Assembly (NCBI GenBank): GCA_963742415.1
Contig: CAVULX010000003.1
Location: 320,001-384,000, forward strand
Reading direction: 5' to 3'
From: an uncultured Parachlamydiaceae bacterium
GTDB taxonomy: Bacteria; Chlamydiota; Chlamydiia; Chlamydiales; Parachlamydiaceae
Length of the DNA: 64,000 nt
Part shown: piece by piece, positions 50,662-61,376 of the stretch
How the letters are laid out: each line of letters begins with the position of its first letter
Position numbering within the stretch: the first letter of the stretch is position 1
Position numbers and translations under genes: made by a program
Notes under the pieces: generated by a model
The model's input: only the letters and a program-made list of their open reading frames with translations
Database searches by the model: none
Told to the model about the DNA's origin: nothing

Positions 50662-52929
50662 TCATTGTCCTAGAGAAAGGGCCAAAAAGGGGCTGCTAAC
50701 TTTGGTGATCTTGGCCAGATCATCTCGAGAAAAGCCATTGTCAAAGGCGTCAAATTTCCTCAAATTGTTGTTGTTTCTAAGCATTTCAATTAGGGGTTCG
50801 ACGACTTCTCCTCCTAAAAAGTTAGCTGATAGGCAAAATTCAGTAATGGAATGATTTTTTCCAACAGCTTGAATCATTTGAACTCCCCAATCAGCGCCCA
50901 TATCGCAAGCGTCCAGGTCTAATTTTTCCAAAGAGGCCTCATGAAGAAATTGCACAAACTTACCCCAACCGTCTGAAATCTTCTTATTACCACTTAAATC
51001 TAAATTTTTTACTGTATGATTCTTTTTGAGCGATTCGATGAGAATTTCCAAGGTGTTATCCTTTAGCCCGCAGTCATACAAGTATAAATTTTCTATACTT
51101 TTATTTTCTTCCAATAATTGCCCTACGGAGATCACTGCCTCTTTTTTTAATCTAATGCCCGAAAGATTAAGTGTTTCTAGGTCGAGCTTGCATAGTTCTT
51201 GGATTAAAGCCGTATCCAAATTATAAAGACGAGCAAAGTTGACTTCTTTTAACGCTGGATGATTTTTGATCGCAGCAATAATTTCGCCAATCTTTTCCTT
51301 AGAAAGCTGATAATTTCTATTTAAAGTTATAGATGTTAAAGCTCTATTTTTTTCTATCATTGCAGCCACGTTCGTTTTTTCAAGCTTATTATGATCAAGA
51401 TTTAAGTGTTGCAGACTTTGGTTTTCTTCGAGAGCCTCGAGAAGAGGGGCAAGTTCTTCGTCAGTTGCATGATTAAAAGAAAAGTCCAGGTTTTCTAAAG
51501 ATTCATTTTTTTTCAGAGCTTGTCCCAAAGCCTCTAAACCCTTTGTTAACATATCTGGCCGGTGGGGATGGTCGGGATAACACTTGCTCAAATTGAGCTC
51601 TTTTATGAATTTATTGTGTTCAACAATGCTTGCAATTTGGATGAGCTCGGTTTCCCCCCTATAAGAATTGCAGCTTAAGTTTAAATTGATAACAGCTTGA
51701 TTTTTATGACTGAGAACTACTGCCAGAGCCTTCGTCCCATTTTGATTAAAATTAAAATTTTCAAGCGTTACTGTTTTGATTGTTTTGTTGCCGTCAAAAG
51801 CATTTGCGAACGCTTGGCTTTGATCGTCATCCCAATTTATGCCAACATCATTACAAAGGCCTAACTCGGATAACGATGTATTGTTTTCGATCATCTTGAT
51901 CACCTTGCAGGCGTCCAAGGGGAGACCATTATTGTAGAAGTCCATGACAAGCCGGCTTTTTTCTAAAATCGCGTGCAAACATTCAATTACATGGGAATTT
52001 TCCGGTTTTATATCATAAACGAACAGTTTTACACCTTGTACACACCACCACCTAGGGGAAATCAAAATATCTTTGATAATTTGCACCGCTTCAGGATCGG
52101 AATTGTAATTGGGATTGATTAAAAAAACGGGAACTTCTTGGTCAATGTAGAGTGAGAGACATTCTAAGCTTTTGGCTATGTTTATAGCAGGGGGAAATTC
52201 AAAAGCTCTTATATCAAAAATGGACCAAGTAATAATAAGAAGGTCTAAAATTTTATGTTGATCTGCGATAGCCGCAACTTCCTCAAGGAAAGATTTGGAA
52301 AAAGTCAGTTTATTTTTTATTAAATATTCTAAGCAAAACGCGGCTAATTTTTTGTCTTTGTATTCCCCCGCAATTTTTAAGCATATGAGAAATAAACGTG
52401 TGTCTACATAGGTTGTTAGATAGGTCAAGCATGCGCCTTTTAAGGCTGGAGAGGGGATTTGCAGTGAAGTTCGTAGTAGCTGTTCAAAATTATCAGAGTT
52501 AACGGAGAAAATTGATTTGGGCGGTTGAGGCGAATTCGAAGAAATTCGAAATGGTATAGTACAAGCTTTTTCCCACCCTTCTGGGTGTAGCTCAAAAAAT
52601 TTTTTATCTATTTTTGGGCAATTACTTAGCTCAACTACTTTAAGCTTTTTTCCTTTGAGAATTATATTTAAATTCTCTTTTGTTAAATCCGGACAATCTG
52701 AAAAAGTTATCTTTAAAAGCTTCGGACAAATGGAAATGAATCGAGCATCTTTAAAGTCGATTTTGCTTGCTCTGATGTTCAAGATTTGAAATGGGCGTCC
52801 CTGAGAAAAAATAATTTTGGTAAGATTGTCAGAGTTTTCAATATATAAAGAATTGTACACTCGAGCACCATGTTTTGAAGTTGCTTGCATAGTGTTTTCC
52901 TTTTTTACATTGGTTTGTTCTTTCTTCAA
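50662..52929 (-). CDS. Ribonuclease-inhibitor-type leucine-rich-repeat protein (effector-like)
   Basis: About 28-aa repeats AL..N.SL..L.L..N, e.g. ALKKNESLENLDFSFN and ALEENQSLQHLNLDHN. Confidence 0.85.
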   Translation of the reverse strand: MKKEQTNVKKENTMQATSKHGARVYNSLYIENSDNLTKIIFSQGRPFQILNIRASKIDFKDARFISICPKLLKITFSDCPDLTKENLNIILKGKKLKVVELSNCPKIDKKFFELHPEGWEKACTIPFRISSNSPQPPKSIFSVNSDNFEQLLRTSLQIPSPALKGACLTYLTTYVDTRLFLICLKIAGEYKDKKLAAFCLEYLIKNKLTFSKSFLEEVAAIADQHKILDLLIITWSIFDIRAFEFPPAINIAKSLECLSLYIDQEVPVFLINPNYNSDPEAVQIIKDILISPRWWCVQGVKLFVYDIKPENSHVIECLHAILEKSRLVMDFYNNGLPLDACKVIKMIENNTSLSELGLCNDVGINWDDDQSQAFANAFDGNKTIKTVTLENFNFNQNGTKALAVVLSHKNQAVINLNLSCNSYRGETELIQIASIVEHNKFIKELNLSKCYPDHPHRPDMLTKGLEALGQALKKNESLENLDFSFNHATDEELAPLLEALEENQSLQHLNLDHNKLEKTNVAAMIEKNRALTSITLNRNYQLSKEKIGEIIAAIKNHPALKEVNFARLYNLDTALIQELCKLDLETLNLSGIRLKKEAVISVGQLLEENKSIENLYLYDCGLKDNTLEILIESLKKNHTVKNLDLSGNKKISDGWGKFVQFLHEASLEKLDLDACDMGADWGVQMIQAVGKNHSITEFCLSANFLGGEVVEPLIEMLRNNNNLRKFDAFDNGFSRDDLAKITKVSSPFLALSLGQ

Positions 52930-52947
52930 TGTATACTTAAGATAAAG

Positions 52948-54027
52948 CTAATTATCCAAGACTTCTTTTAGTTCCTTTTTTAGTTGATCGGCAGCCGCTT
53001 TAACCTCTTCAGTAGGCAAAGCGCGGCCCCAAAACATATTTTTTATAATCGACCAAAAGGTGGTGCTGTCGGGCGTGGAGATTTTTTCAACAAGAATATG
53101 GCGATGAAAATGATCCACTGTGAGGCCTGCGGTGTCCCCTGTCTTGTCAAACAAATGTAATTTACAATCTTTATTAAGATAATACAAGGAAACCTTTCTA
53201 GCCATTTGAGCCATCTCAATCCCCTCTTCAGCTGTTAATTCATGAAAACCCACTCGATGCTCTTTAGGGATGATCAGCAAATCATTTTTGATTTGCCCTA
53301 TCTGTCTGATATTATAAAAAAGCATGACATGTTCCCCTTCGGCAACAAGCTGCTTTTTTTTGTTTTCATCTTTACAAAAAGGGCATTTAGCTTTCTCTTC
53401 GTCAGAAATTTTTCTTTCCTTTTTATTTTCTAAGATGGTTTCAGAATTTTGCAGAGGGGTTGCATAATTTTTTTTTAGTTCTTCCACTTGAGCTTGAGTG
53501 ACCTCTTTGCCGCCAAAGCGAAGACGAACCAAAACTCGAATTTGTTGAATCATCTTCGTGATCGGCTGCAAAAGCCAATGTTCAGGAGTGTAGGGAACAG
53601 CATGGATGGTTTGTTTGAAAAATTTATCTTCCAATCGGGAGTAGAACATATAATGATAGCCATCGTCATGCAATTTTTGAGCAATCGCATTTTGCTTTTC
53701 GAAACATATTTTATCTATCTCTATTGAGTCCTTGGTTTTAAATAAAGTCGAAGTAGGATTCGGAATTCTAATCGCTAATGATCCCCTGGCATATCGCTTG
53801 TCAGGAACAAGTACCGTCACGGATTTGTCAACAGTTTGATATAGCACTGATTTGTCAATAGTTTGATATAGGATCAGACCTTTTTCAGGATTTTTTTGAT
53901 GATACCAACGGGAAAGAGAATCTAAAGGATGATAAATGTCAAATGCGGTCATAAAAATTCCCGTTGTTGCTATTATTAAGATTGTTCGTAACAAAAACAG
54001 TTTTCCCATTAAACCGAACGTATACAA
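52948..54027 (-). CDS. HIT-family nucleotide hydrolase domain protein with a long N-terminal extension (start may be ATG 53952)
   Basis: CPFC, LLIIPKEH, AGLTVDHFHRHIL histidine triad. Confidence 0.8.
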   Translation of the reverse strand: MYTFGLMGKLFLLRTILIIATTGIFMTAFDIYHPLDSLSRWYHQKNPEKGLILYQTIDKSVLYQTVDKSVTVLVPDKRYARGSLAIRIPNPTSTLFKTKDSIEIDKICFEKQNAIAQKLHDDGYHYMFYSRLEDKFFKQTIHAVPYTPEHWLLQPITKMIQQIRVLVRLRFGGKEVTQAQVEELKKNYATPLQNSETILENKKERKISDEEKAKCPFCKDENKKKQLVAEGEHVMLFYNIRQIGQIKNDLLIIPKEHRVGFHELTAEEGIEMAQMARKVSLYYLNKDCKLHLFDKTGDTAGLTVDHFHRHILVEKISTPDSTTFWSIIKNMFWGRALPTEEVKAAADQLKKELKEVLDN

Positions 54028-54038
54028 TAAACTTTATT

Positions 54039-55016
54039 TTATTGAGAGTTGTTTTCTTCGACCACCACAGGGGCTCGCACCACTTCCGGAACATCTTTGA
54101 AAAGATGGATGCTTGCGTAAATCCCTCCGATAATGATAGCGATCCCTGCAAATTCGATAGCTATAGGCATTCTTTGTTCAACTAAGTACACAAAAATCAA
54201 GCCAAACATCGTTTCAAAAATTGTCAACTGACCTGCAAATGAAACAGGCAATAAGCAGCTTCCTTTGTTCCAAAGATAAAAAGCAAACCAGGAACAGAGC
54301 GATCCTAAAACCAGGCTTCCCGTCAAAAATACTTGCAGCTCAGGGGTCCAAATAATAAATTTGTTAAACTGATGTTCGGGGACGAAAAAGAAGGCAATGG
54401 AGACAAAGAAGGCCACCCAAGCCAAAGTGGCTATGCCTATAACGCTACACCAATCGCACGGATCGAGGGAGCCATCTTCCTGTAAAAGGCGTCCATTGGC
54501 TACTGCATACACTGTCCATGTTCCCAAAGCATAAAAGGCGAAAAGCAGCCCGATCGAATAATAAAAAAGGGAACCTTCAAGAGCGCTCTGTTCCAACGCC
54601 GGAATATTGGCCAAGATTAAGCCAATACCCATGGCTAGGCAGGGCCATAAGAGGTCGATATAACTACATTGCCGCTGTTTCCAATTTCCATAAAAAGCTA
54701 TGGAGATTGGACTCATCCCTAAGATTAAGGCGGCAATAGCGGGATTAGCATACCGCATGGATATTACAATTGCTGGATAACACCCTACATTGGCCAGAAA
54801 TCCAAATAAAAACGCCTGTTTCCAATGTTTTTTCTTCAACTTAAACAAAGCTTGACGACGAAAGAAAAGCATATAAAAGACGGAAACAATTCCATAGCAA
54901 ACATACCGCCCTAAAGAAACTTCGAGCGGATTAAAGGCCGGCATAAACCCGGGGATGACATAGATTAATCCCCAGATAAAACAAGCCGCAATAACGATGG
55001 CTACCCCTCTAAACAC
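54039..55016 (-). CDS. DMT/EamA-family transporter
   Basis: About 10 TM helices, IWGL, LWNKG...GQLTIFET. Confidence 0.85.
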   Translation of the reverse strand: MFRGVAIVIAACFIWGLIYVIPGFMPAFNPLEVSLGRYVCYGIVSVFYMLFFRRQALFKLKKKHWKQAFLFGFLANVGCYPAIVISMRYANPAIAALILGMSPISIAFYGNWKQRQCSYIDLLWPCLAMGIGLILANIPALEQSALEGSLFYYSIGLLFAFYALGTWTVYAVANGRLLQEDGSLDPCDWCSVIGIATLAWVAFFVSIAFFFVPEHQFNKFIIWTPELQVFLTGSLVLGSLCSWFAFYLWNKGSCLLPVSFAGQLTIFETMFGLIFVYLVEQRMPIAIEFAGIAIIIGGIYASIHLFKDVPEVVRAPVVVEENNSQ

Positions 55017-55104
55017 TTATTTCCTTTCTTTATTTAATTAAATTAATAATTATTGTAATTTCAAATTGATTAGAAGTCAATTAATTAAGAACAAGGAAAT
55101 ATAT

Positions 55105-56178
55105 ATGCTAACTACGAGCGCTATTCAGGAACATCTGGGCGAGGAAGCTGAGGAACTTCTTAGTTACACATGCAAAGACATTTCTAAAGATCAGTTATAT
55201 CTGCCTGGTCCGGATTGGTTGGATCGGATCTTAACTTTTTCCGACCGCAATATCCGCGTCATTAGAAACCTACAAGCCTTATTTAGCCATGGACGTCTAG
55301 GAGGAACTGGGTATCTTTCAATCCTTCCGGTCGATCAAGGCATTGAACACTCAGCGGGGGCCTCATTTGCTCCAAATCCAATGTACTTTGACCCTGAAAA
55401 CATCGTCAAACTAGCCCTTGAAGCAGGCTGCAACGGTGTCGCTTCCACATTGGGCGTTCTAGGAAATGTCGCTCGCAAGTATAGCCATAAGATCCCATTC
55501 ATCTTAAAAATTAACCACAATGAACTCCTTTCTTATCCCAACCATTTCGATCAAATCCTTTTCGCTGATGTGCAACAAGCCTATGATATGGGAGCGGCAG
55601 CTGTAGGAGCCACGATCTACTTTGGTTCTCCGGAAAGCGATCGGCAAATCCAAGAGATCTCCCATGCTTTTCATGTTGCCCACGATTTAGGGATGGCGAC
55701 AATTCTGTGGTGTTACCTGAGAAATCCTGCTTTTAAGGTAGATAATGTGGATTATCATGAAAGCGCTGACCTGACAGGACAAGCCAACCACTTAGGAGCT
55801 ACCATTGGAGCCGATATTGTGAAGCAAAAGCTTCCAGTCAACAATGGAGGGTACAAAGCTTTGAATAAAGAGAAAAAAGGGTATGGGAAGTATAGCGACC
55901 TAATGTACACAAAATTGTGTACAGATAATCCTATCGATCTTTGCCGTTATCAAGTTTTGAATGGTTACAATGGGCGGGTAGGGTTAATCAATTCCGGCGG
56001 CGCTTCAGGCAAAAACGACCTCGCTGATGCCATTAAAACTGCTGTCATCAATAAAAGAGCCGGCGGCATGGGGTTGATTAGCGGACGAAAAACCTTTCAA
56101 CGCCCTATGAAAGAAGGGATTGAATTATTCCATGCCATCCAAGATGTCTATCTGAATAAAGCAATCACGGTTGCTTAA
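55105..56178 (+). CDS. fbaB: Class I fructose-bisphosphate aldolase (DhnA/FbaB type)
   Basis: [39 protein letters not shown]. Confidence 0.93.
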   Translation: MLTTSAIQEHLGEEAEELLSYTCKDISKDQLYLPGPDWLDRILTFSDRNIRVIRNLQALFSHGRLGGTGYLSILPVDQGIEHSAGASFAPNPMYFDPENIVKLALEAGCNGVASTLGVLGNVARKYSHKIPFILKINHNELLSYPNHFDQILFADVQQAYDMGAAAVGATIYFGSPESDRQIQEISHAFHVAHDLGMATILWCYLRNPAFKVDNVDYHESADLTGQANHLGATIGADIVKQKLPVNNGGYKALNKEKKGYGKYSDLMYTKLCTDNPIDLCRYQVLNGYNGRVGLINSGGASGKNDLADAIKTAVINKRAGGMGLISGRKTFQRPMKEGIELFHAIQDVYLNKAITVA

Positions 56179-56187
56179 AGAGAATTT

Positions 56188-57495
56188 TTAAAACTGTTTT
56201 CCCTCTTCAGAATACTCTGGAATCAGATATTTTTGCCGGAGGATTTTGAATTCCTCCCTTTCCTTTTGATGCAGGGTTCTGAGAGGCCAAACAATGTGGG
56301 GAGTATCTTTGATAATCTGGTAAACTTCATCCGTTCCATTGACCTTGGAAAAGATCTCCCGCTTGTTTGCCGCTGCCAATAAAGCCTGTTTGAATTCTTT
56401 GGGATAAAGGCTTTTGAGAATCCCTATCATCATGTATTGAGTTGTAACAGGAAGATAGACTTTTGGATTTGTGATGACAATCAAAACCCCATGGCAATCT
56501 TCCTGGGCAAATTTTCCATAAAAAGGGCGGTAATGAAATGGTTCGAAGTGCACACCTGGATATTTCTGCTTGTTCAGCATAGCTGCGAATTTTTCGGCAT
56601 CGATCCACGGGGCGCCCACAAGCTTGAATGGGAGGGTGTAGCCAACCCCTATGTTGACCAGGGTCAGCTCCCCAAAAAACCCTGTGGAGGGGTAAAATAG
56701 GGCTGTATTAGCCTCAGGAATGTTCGGGCTGGGGGGGATCCAAGCCAAACCCGTATCATGAAAACCCATGCGCCTGACCCATCCTTGCATCGGGACAACC
56801 GTCAGCTTGCAACCTACTTTATATTCTCCGTTAAAAAATTGAGCCAATTCACCGACTGTCATCCCATGGCAATAAGGCACATTGATATACCCTAAGAAAG
56901 ACCTCCACTCCTCTTTAAGCATAGGTCCGTCGATCGTAAACCCATTGATCGGATTTGGCCGGTCGAGAACGACAACAGGGATATTTCTCTTAGCGGCTTC
57001 CTCCATGACATAAAATAATGTGGTCACATAGGTGTAGGCCCTTGAGCCGATGTCTTGAATATCATAAATCAGCAAATCGACATTTTTGAGCATCTCATCC
57101 GTCGGCCGCTTTGTTTGCCCATGCAAGCTATAGATAGGGATCCCATCGGCATGGATTTGGTCCGGCACCTCTTTGGCAGCATAGAGATCCCCCTTGATTC
57201 CATGTTCCGGAGCAAAAAGGGCCACGATTTTATATCCTTTTCCCGTTGCATTTTTTTTGAGAATTTCGATGGTCGATCTCATGTCGCTTGTAACCGCAGT
57301 TTGATTGGTGACTAAGCCAATTTTTTTTCCACGGAGCAAAGGAGCGTATTCCTCTGTGAATAATTGTTCGCTCCCTACTTTTACTTTGAAGGCTCCCGCC
57401 TGGAGGGACGTTGAGCTTATAAAATAAAAAAAAATTAAAAATTGAATAAAAAATTGAAATTCGGAGTGTCTATTTCTCAAAATTGCGTTATTCAT
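56188..57495 (-). CDS. namZ: NamZ/YbbC (DUF1343) exo-beta-N-acetylmuramidase
   Basis: IGLVTNQT, LFAPEHG, DIQDIGSRAYTY, LDRPNPI, HGMTVGELA, PSPNIP. Confidence 0.88.
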   Translation of the reverse strand: MNNAILRNRHSEFQFFIQFLIFFYFISSTSLQAGAFKVKVGSEQLFTEEYAPLLRGKKIGLVTNQTAVTSDMRSTIEILKKNATGKGYKIVALFAPEHGIKGDLYAAKEVPDQIHADGIPIYSLHGQTKRPTDEMLKNVDLLIYDIQDIGSRAYTYVTTLFYVMEEAAKRNIPVVVLDRPNPINGFTIDGPMLKEEWRSFLGYINVPYCHGMTVGELAQFFNGEYKVGCKLTVVPMQGWVRRMGFHDTGLAWIPPSPNIPEANTALFYPSTGFFGELTLVNIGVGYTLPFKLVGAPWIDAEKFAAMLNKQKYPGVHFEPFHYRPFYGKFAQEDCHGVLIVITNPKVYLPVTTQYMMIGILKSLYPKEFKQALLAAANKREIFSKVNGTDEVYQIIKDTPHIVWPLRTLHQKEREEFKILRQKYLIPEYSEEGKQF

Positions 57496-57516
57496 AAAAA
57501 TGGAATTTTTTTATTT

Positions 57517-57590
57517 AAACCCCAGAGACACAGGGACTAAGAGAAAGAAAAACGATGTGATTTCACTGTGCCTTTGTGTCTCTGTGGTTT
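57517..57590. repeat. Imperfect REP-like inverted repeat (CAGAGACACA-type)
   Basis: AAACCCCAGAGACACAGGG ... CCTTTGTGTCTCTGTGGTTT in the divergent namZ/putA gap. Confidence 0.65.
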
Positions 57591-57677
57591 TCCTTGATGT
57601 AAATTAGAGAGATGCAATCTTTTTGTAAAGAATAGTTTATGTTATAAGCTAAAGTTTGGGACAAAGGGAGGATTTAA

Positions 57678-60600
57678 GTGATGACACAAAAAAAATATTG
57701 TGAGGAAGCAAAAATCCTCGTTGATTCTGTGCGCGGGAAGACTTTATCTCCGGAAGAGAGGTGCCAAACAGCGATTGCACTAGCCGCCTTGATCATGCGA
57801 GAGTCGCTTGAAATCCAAACGCATGCGGAGAGAATTCACCAAAATAAACTCAACCAGCTTATCGGGGACATTAAAGGTAAAGTCTTTACAGCATCTTTTA
57901 CCGATTGTTGCTTTCGAAGCCGCAGCTACATCCGCACAGCTGATCAATTGATTTATATTATCAAAAAGTTTGGGATTCCCCCCTTTTTGTCTTGGTACGA
58001 TAAATTAGCGATGACAATTTTTAAAATATTAGGAAAAACCTTAGGGGCTCCTTTCATCCCTTTTATACAAAACCTCATCAGAAAAGAAACTTCGCAGGTC
58101 ATTTTGTCCACAGAAACAGAAAAGCTCTCTAAACACCTCGAAGAACGTCGCTTGGATAATATCACCGTCAACTTAAATGAATTGGGTGAAGCGATTTTAG
58201 GGGAAGAGGAAGCTGAAGAAAAGCTTCGTGTTTATTTAAAAGACCTCTCCAATTCGGAAATAGAATACATTTCGATAAAGATATCCACCCTCTATAGCCA
58301 AATTAACCTTACGGCTCCAAGCGATACCCTTGAAAGGGTGTCAAATCGGTTGCGCCGGTTGTATAGAGCCGCTAGAGAAAACAGTTGTACCAGTGCTTCG
58401 GGAGAAAAAAAACAGAAGTTCGTCAACCTCGACATGGAGGAGTATAAAGATCTCCAATTAACTCTTGATCTATTTAAGCAAGTTCTCAGCGAACCTGAGT
58501 TCCATCAACTATCAGCAGGCATCGTCTTGCAAAGCTATCTTCCCAATTCATACCCCATCCAACAAGATTTAACAGCCTGGGCTTTACAGAGGGTCCAGCA
58601 AGGGGGAGCTCCTATAAAGATCCGCCTGGTCAAAGGGGCCAATTTAGCCATGGAACAGATCGAAGCTTCCTTACATGGCTGGCCGCAAGCCCCTTTTGCA
58701 AATAAGGTCGATGTGGATGCAAATTTCAAGAAAATGTTGGCTTATGGATCCATCCCTGAACACGCCCGCGCCGTACATTTGGGAATTGGCAGCCATAATC
58801 TTTTCGATATTTCCTACGCCCTTCTGCTTCGATCTGAGAATCAAATTGAAGACTTTGTGGAATTTGAAATGCTGGAAGGGATGGCTGACCCGATGCGCCG
58901 CGCGCTGCAAAAGCTCGTTGGAAAAATGTTGCTTTATTGCCCGATCGCTTCCCCTGAAGGATTTCAATATGCGGTTGCCTATCTTTCCAGACGTTTGGAT
59001 GAGAATACGGCTTCCGATAATTTCCTTCGCTATGCCTTTTCATTGATTCCCGAAAGTGATGAATGGCATAAACAAGCTCTGATTTTCGCAATGTCTTGTG
59101 ATGAAATGAACAAAGTAAAAAATGAAATCCGTCGAGTTCAAAACCGTTTTGAAAGTCCGCTTGCTTTAGAAGAGTGCGCACTTTTCGATAATGAACCCGA
59201 TACGGATTGGTCGCTGATTCAAAATAATCTTTGGGGAACAGAGATTTTAGAAACATGGAAAAATAGGCAGCACGAGACCATCCCTCTCGTCGTTCAAGGG
59301 GAAAATATTTTTAATTCTGGTTCTGAAGACATTGGGCGAGATCCCTCTTTTCCTGAAAAAGGCCTATACCGCTACACTTTGGCAACAATCAAGGAGATTG
59401 AAAAGGCCATTTCAGGAGCACAAAAAGCCTTTCAAACCTGGTCTAAAACATCAATAGGGGAACGCTCAAACAAACTGAGAGCCACGGCCCAAGCCTTGCG
59501 CTGCAATCGGGCTTCTTTAATTGGGGCTATGGTCGCCGATGTTGGGAAAACACTATCTGAAGCTGATTCAGAAGTCTCCGAAGCCATCGACTTTGCAGAA
59601 TACTATAGCCGCAATTTAGATGAACTTCAAGGGTTGCAAGATATCCGATGGCATTCCAAAGGGGTTGTCCTCGTTGCTCCACCATGGAATTTTCCGTGCT
59701 CTATCCCTGCTGGAGGTATTTTAGCGGCACTAGCCGCAGGCAACAGCGTCATTTTTAAACCGGCGCCTGAAGCTGTACTGGTTGGCTGGCATCTCGTCCA
59801 AGCTTTATGGGAAGCTGGCATTGGCAAAGATGTTTTGCAGTTTGTGGCTTGTGAAGATGAACCCGTCGGGAGCGCTCTCATCACAGATCCCAGGATCAAT
59901 TGCATCGTTTTGACTGGGGGAACAGCCACAGCTCAAGCCTTTATGAAAATGCGTCCCGGATTAGATTTATTAGCCGAAACCGGCGGCAAAAATTCGATGA
60001 TCGTAACAGCTATGTCTGATCGGGACCTCGCGATCAAAGATACTGTACAATCTGCCTTCGGCTATGCCGGCCAAAAATGCAGCGCTTGCAGTTTATTGAT
60101 CTTAGAAAAAGAAGTTTATGACGATCCTAAATTCATGAAATCCTTGAAAGATGCTGCCGCAAGTTTACATGTGGGAAGTCCATGGGATCCAAACACAAAA
60201 ATCAACCCTTTAATACGCCTGCCAAATCCTGCTCTCGAAAAAAGCATCGGAACTTTGGAAGAGGGGGAATCATGGTTAGTCGAACCAAGGCCAGATCCAC
60301 GCAATCCTCAATTGTGGAGCCCTGGAATTAAGCTTGGAGTTAAACAGGGAAACTTCACTTATCAGAACGAGCTTTTTGGTCCTGTATTGGGTGTCATGCG
60401 CGCTAACAACTTAGAGCATGCGGTTCAGCTTGCGAACGGCACCCCCTATGGTTTGACAGCGGGGTTGCATTCACTGGACGAGCGGGAGCATAAGTATTGG
60501 ATGGAGCGTATTCAAGCAGGCAATTGTTACATCAACCGAGGCATCACGGGTGCCATTGTGCAGAGGCAGCCTTTTGGAGGGTGCAAAAAAAGCAATTTTG

Positions 60601-61352
60601 GCCCAGGAGCCAAAGCGGGTGGACCGAATTACCTCATGCAATTGATGCGCGCCGAGCAAATAGCCTTGCCTACGGATTTGGAGGCGTTGGCTCCAGACCT
60701 GCAAATGTTGAATAGTTATTTTGAAAAGAGAAATGATAATTCAAAAAATCTGAGCCTCTGGAAGTCTAGTGTGGGAAGCTATGCTTTTTATTGGAAACAT
60801 TATTTTCAAAAAAATCACGATCCTAGCTGTCTTTTGGGGCAAGATAATCTATTTCATTATACCCCTTATGCCCAGCAAACGCTCCGCATTCAAGAGCAAG
60901 ATCAAAGGATCGATGTCTTTCGCGCCATTGCCGCTGCAGCTACATGCGGATCTGCTTTAGAAATCAGTTGTTCTCCTGAAAAAATAAAAAATTGGGTCGA
61001 TGGAGACTGGAGAACAAAATTTCCCAAAATCACATTTCAAGCCGAATCGGAAAAACAATTTTGTGAAAGAGTTTCCAAAGGGAAAATATTGAGGATCCGC
61101 ACCCTTTCCGAGCCTACAAATGCCGCAACAAATGTTGCGGCTGAGGCTGGGGTGACTTTGATCCATGCACCCGTCTTTGCCAATGGGCGCTTGGAACTCT
61201 TACATTATTTGCGGGAAGTGTGCTTTAGCATTGACTACCACCGGTATGGCTACTTGGGAATCCGCGAAGGGGAAAAACGGAAACCTCTCCCCGAGCCACA
61301 CAAAGCTAAACTCTCTCAAGAATGCGGCCAACTCCAATGCTGCAAGGCTTAA
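57678..61352 (+). CDS. putA: Bifunctional proline dehydrogenase / P5C dehydrogenase
   Basis: LDMEEY, RLVKGAN, SHNLFD, RRLDEN; PWNFP, ETGGKN, AGQKCSA, ELFGP, QPFGG. Confidence 0.95.
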   Translation: MMTQKKYCEEAKILVDSVRGKTLSPEERCQTAIALAALIMRESLEIQTHAERIHQNKLNQLIGDIKGKVFTASFTDCCFRSRSYIRTADQLIYIIKKFGIPPFLSWYDKLAMTIFKILGKTLGAPFIPFIQNLIRKETSQVILSTETEKLSKHLEERRLDNITVNLNELGEAILGEEEAEEKLRVYLKDLSNSEIEYISIKISTLYSQINLTAPSDTLERVSNRLRRLYRAARENSCTSASGEKKQKFVNLDMEEYKDLQLTLDLFKQVLSEPEFHQLSAGIVLQSYLPNSYPIQQDLTAWALQRVQQGGAPIKIRLVKGANLAMEQIEASLHGWPQAPFANKVDVDANFKKMLAYGSIPEHARAVHLGIGSHNLFDISYALLLRSENQIEDFVEFEMLEGMADPMRRALQKLVGKMLLYCPIASPEGFQYAVAYLSRRLDENTASDNFLRYAFSLIPESDEWHKQALIFAMSCDEMNKVKNEIRRVQNRFESPLALEECALFDNEPDTDWSLIQNNLWGTEILETWKNRQHETIPLVVQGENIFNSGSEDIGRDPSFPEKGLYRYTLATIKEIEKAISGAQKAFQTWSKTSIGERSNKLRATAQALRCNRASLIGAMVADVGKTLSEADSEVSEAIDFAEYYSRNLDELQGLQDIRWHSKGVVLVAPPWNFPCSIPAGGILAALAAGNSVIFKPAPEAVLVGWHLVQALWEAGIGKDVLQFVACEDEPVGSALITDPRINCIVLTGGTATAQAFMKMRPGLDLLAETGGKNSMIVTAMSDRDLAIKDTVQSAFGYAGQKCSACSLLILEKEVYDDPKFMKSLKDAAASLHVGSPWDPNTKINPLIRLPNPALEKSIGTLEEGESWLVEPRPDPRNPQLWSPGIKLGVKQGNFTYQNELFGPVLGVMRANNLEHAVQLANGTPYGLTAGLHSLDEREHKYWMERIQAGNCYINRGITGAIVQRQPFGGCKKSNFGPGAKAGGPNYLMQLMRAEQIALPTDLEALAPDLQMLNSYFEKRNDNSKNLSLWKSSVGSYAFYWKHYFQKNHDPSCLLGQDNLFHYTPYAQQTLRIQEQDQRIDVFRAIAAAATCGSALEISCSPEKIKNWVDGDWRTKFPKITFQAESEKQFCERVSKGKILRIRTLSEPTNAATNVAAEAGVTLIHAPVFANGRLELLHYLREVCFSIDYHRYGYLGIREGEKRKPLPEPHKAKLSQECGQLQCCKA

Positions 61353-61376
61353 TGTAACTGTCAAATCAAGACGTCC

